The notes under the pieces are model-generated. The model was given only the letters and a program-made list of their open reading frames with translations, was not told where the DNA came from and searched no databases. The position numbers were made by a program, and so were the translations under genes. From assembly GCA_964199315.1 (NCBI GenBank), contig OZ116710.1:16554001-16618000 (forward strand): 64,000 nucleotides of DNA, given 5' to 3'. Of the stretch, positions 61,598 to 64,000 are shown in pieces. The stretch comes from Orbicella franksi (Eukaryota). How positions within the stretch are numbered: position 1 is the stretch's first letter; the number at the start of each line of letters is the position of its first letter.

Positions 61598-64000
61598 CGC
61601 GGGTCCAGGATGCGGATGAACGTCCCCACAAATTAGTATCGCTTAGGCAGTAACATTGAATGATGCGGTAGAGTTGTGATAGTAGAGTGGGCGACTCTTA
61701 AGCCATTTGCATTTCCTCGTGGTTGATGTCGGCGAATTTCGACTCCATTTGATAGGAGTTTCGATGAAACACCGATTACTTTCGATTGAATTCACCTTTA
61801 GGTCCGACTTGTAGGTAGAAATTTCAATATTCAGAGCCAAAAGAAGCAATAAAACGAAATTAACTTCGGAGACTAGGAAGACGCGTCTTTCCATGACCAC
61901 ACCTTCACACCCCAAGCTGTCAATAAATAACTAGAAATCCAAAAGTTTTACGTACTAAAGGAAAACAGATTTGTCAGGGCTCCAAATTTAAACTGGGGCA
62001 CAAGGGCTTTGTTTGGCCATCGATTATTCGGTTTAGGGACCTTTGACTTTGCCACCGGCTATCTCAGATTTAAAAAAAAAAAAAAAAAAAAAATGTACGT
62101 ACATACAAGATGACTCGCTTTCCATTCTCTTGGCTATAGAATTTTTGCGAGACTCTGACTGGAAGCATTAATTACATTGCAGTGGAAATGCTGTTTTGCA
62201 AAACTAGTGGAACTCGTTTGTAAAATTTGGTCAATTTGTTATATTAATTTAGAGGCTTTAAATGTACGAATGATAATTCATTGATGCAAAAGACAGATGC
62301 TAAAGTCCTTGACTACTGGCTAATGTGGCCGCTTTATATTCTCAGATATGAGCTAGACAAGATTCTTCAACCCATCAAAAGTATACACAGAGATATTAAA
62401 AGATGGTTGCCGACAAAGTGTTAGCTTTAAATTATAATTGCTTTTGTCAGAGAATGCACGGATTAGTCAAATGCGCTATTCAACAGAACTCGCGTTTACA
62501 TCGTTACCACGAATTCTAAAAAAAAAAATACAAGAAACAAAGAAGTCTCTCAGTTCTACGTACATTTAGTAGAAAGATACCTTTCAATTTATTAGGTGTC
62601 ACTTTTGCGAATAGTCTTTTTTATTTCAAGGGAAGAGTCTGTTTCTGACAAGCACAAACGGCAAAAGATATACACAGCCGACGACATTACATCAACACAA
62701 GCGAATAATTTCATCTCTACGTTAATTGTTTGAAGCCTAAATCAAAAAATAATACTATTGTCAGTTGCCTTTGAATAGTACTGAGCAAGAAACCCCTTAC
62801 GTTAATTGACTAACTGACCAGCGATTAACTCTATCTAATTTTGCCCAGCCATGGCCGGTTTAACTTATCAGTGATGCACATCAGAGCAAATCGTGGTTTC
62901 CTTCCAAGCAAATTGTTAAGAATTTCAAAAAAGAAAAAAAAAAAGAATATTAATGCCATATTATGACACATTGTCAGGTCAATGTTACGTATTAACACGC
63001 ACTCACTGTGCGAATGAGTCTACCAAATTTTACTTTTTTAATCAAGATGATAAAAGACGCGTAAAAAACTAATGAGAGGAATGTGTTGAGTGTGTGACTA
63101 TTGGAATTAGCAATGCACATTCAGCGGTTACAGGAAAGAGAGGAACTACTGTAAAGAAACAGCTACGGATATTACTATAGGCGAACAATGTTGTTGATAA
63201 TTATCAGCATATGAAACACTTTCATGCACTGTCTCAAAGATTCATTATTGTGGTGAGCACATTTAAACTTCAGGCAAAAGAACGAGAAAGATGGTAAAAC
63301 AGCTTTGATTTGCGTCCAACTCACCCATCCGATAACTTTTTATTGGACCCCAGGTCAAGTACAAAATTTCATCAAAATTTTGATGTTTGATGTTTATTTG
63401 AGAGATACATCGTTTCGGTTATTTAATTTACGAAACATGCACTACAAATAATTTATAGAAACGGCAATTCCAGAAATAAAAACGTTCTCTGGGTTAACAT
63501 AGAGTCCTTACCATTGAAATATTCGTAGTTATTCGCGAAAAGATTCGCTTTCACAAACAGTTGTGTAATATAAATAAAGAACAGTAGTGTGCAGAAAATG
63601 TTTGCGTGAGACTATTTTTCTTTTTGACAAACAGGTCAAGATTGTCAGTAACATAACCAAAGAGGTCTTAACTCAAAGCGTTCAGAAACACAAAACTGGT
63701 CATTGCTCTTCTTTTGGTCTTCAAGAAGAAGATTCGTGATCGACGAATCGCTAAGGGTAAAAAGTTATCATATCGCTCTCACTGTCACTGTTTAGAAAAC
63801 ACTGCAAGGTCCATTCGACAAAAACTCCGCACAATCTTAAGTCTGAGAGAAAACGTGATATTTGTTTGATGCAACGTAACAGGAAGTTAAAATCGTATTT
63901 TTCTTCTTGGATAAAAGCAAAAAAAACAACTGTCATCAACATTATTAGTGATGTACTGCACTATTGAAACAGCTCGACTCATGGTCAACAGTAAACTGGT

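Larger units (their letters stand above)
58201..61920 (-). mobile_element. Near-full-length CR1/L2-group non-LTR retrotransposon with (TTA)n/(TTTA)n tail
   Basis: On the minus strand: hydrophobic leader, 2A-like motif, PHD, APE endonuclease, RT, 3' UTR, then microsatellite tail at 58201-58263. One nonsense codon (61643-61645) and one frameshift (~60345). Confidence 0.9.

Overview
AT-rich, intron-containing animal genomic DNA. The repeat families and gene content suggest a cnidarian, probably a stony coral (inference, no search run). Most of the window is a birth-and-death tandem array of CTHRC1-like genes with three exons: signal peptide, Gly-X-Y collagen, and CTHRC1-type Cys-rich head. All introns are phase 0. 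I count ten copies or fragments, all on the + strand. Three are complete and intact (5428, 14364, 29571), one is intact but lacks its first exon within the window (1019), and six are pseudogenes or fragments. The array was built by multi-kb segmental duplications, so filled and empty insertion sites can be compared directly. Inserted elements are: (i) a minimal type-I hammerhead ribozyme at 482-526 in the presumed intron 1 of the first copy; (ii) a ~4.5 kb insertion next to an assembly gap, carrying an intact 588-aa C2H2 zinc finger + tyrosine recombinase + Myb-like ORF, with tandem ~180-bp hairpins on one side and a dense GGAAC/GTTCC array on the other; (iii) a near-full-length CR1/L2-group LINE with a 2A-like motif, PHD, endonuclease and RT; (iv) a Penelope GIY-YIG fragment; (v) a RecQ-like helicase fragment; and (vi) many MITEs. 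All calls are by eye, and boundaries of degenerate repeats are approximate.
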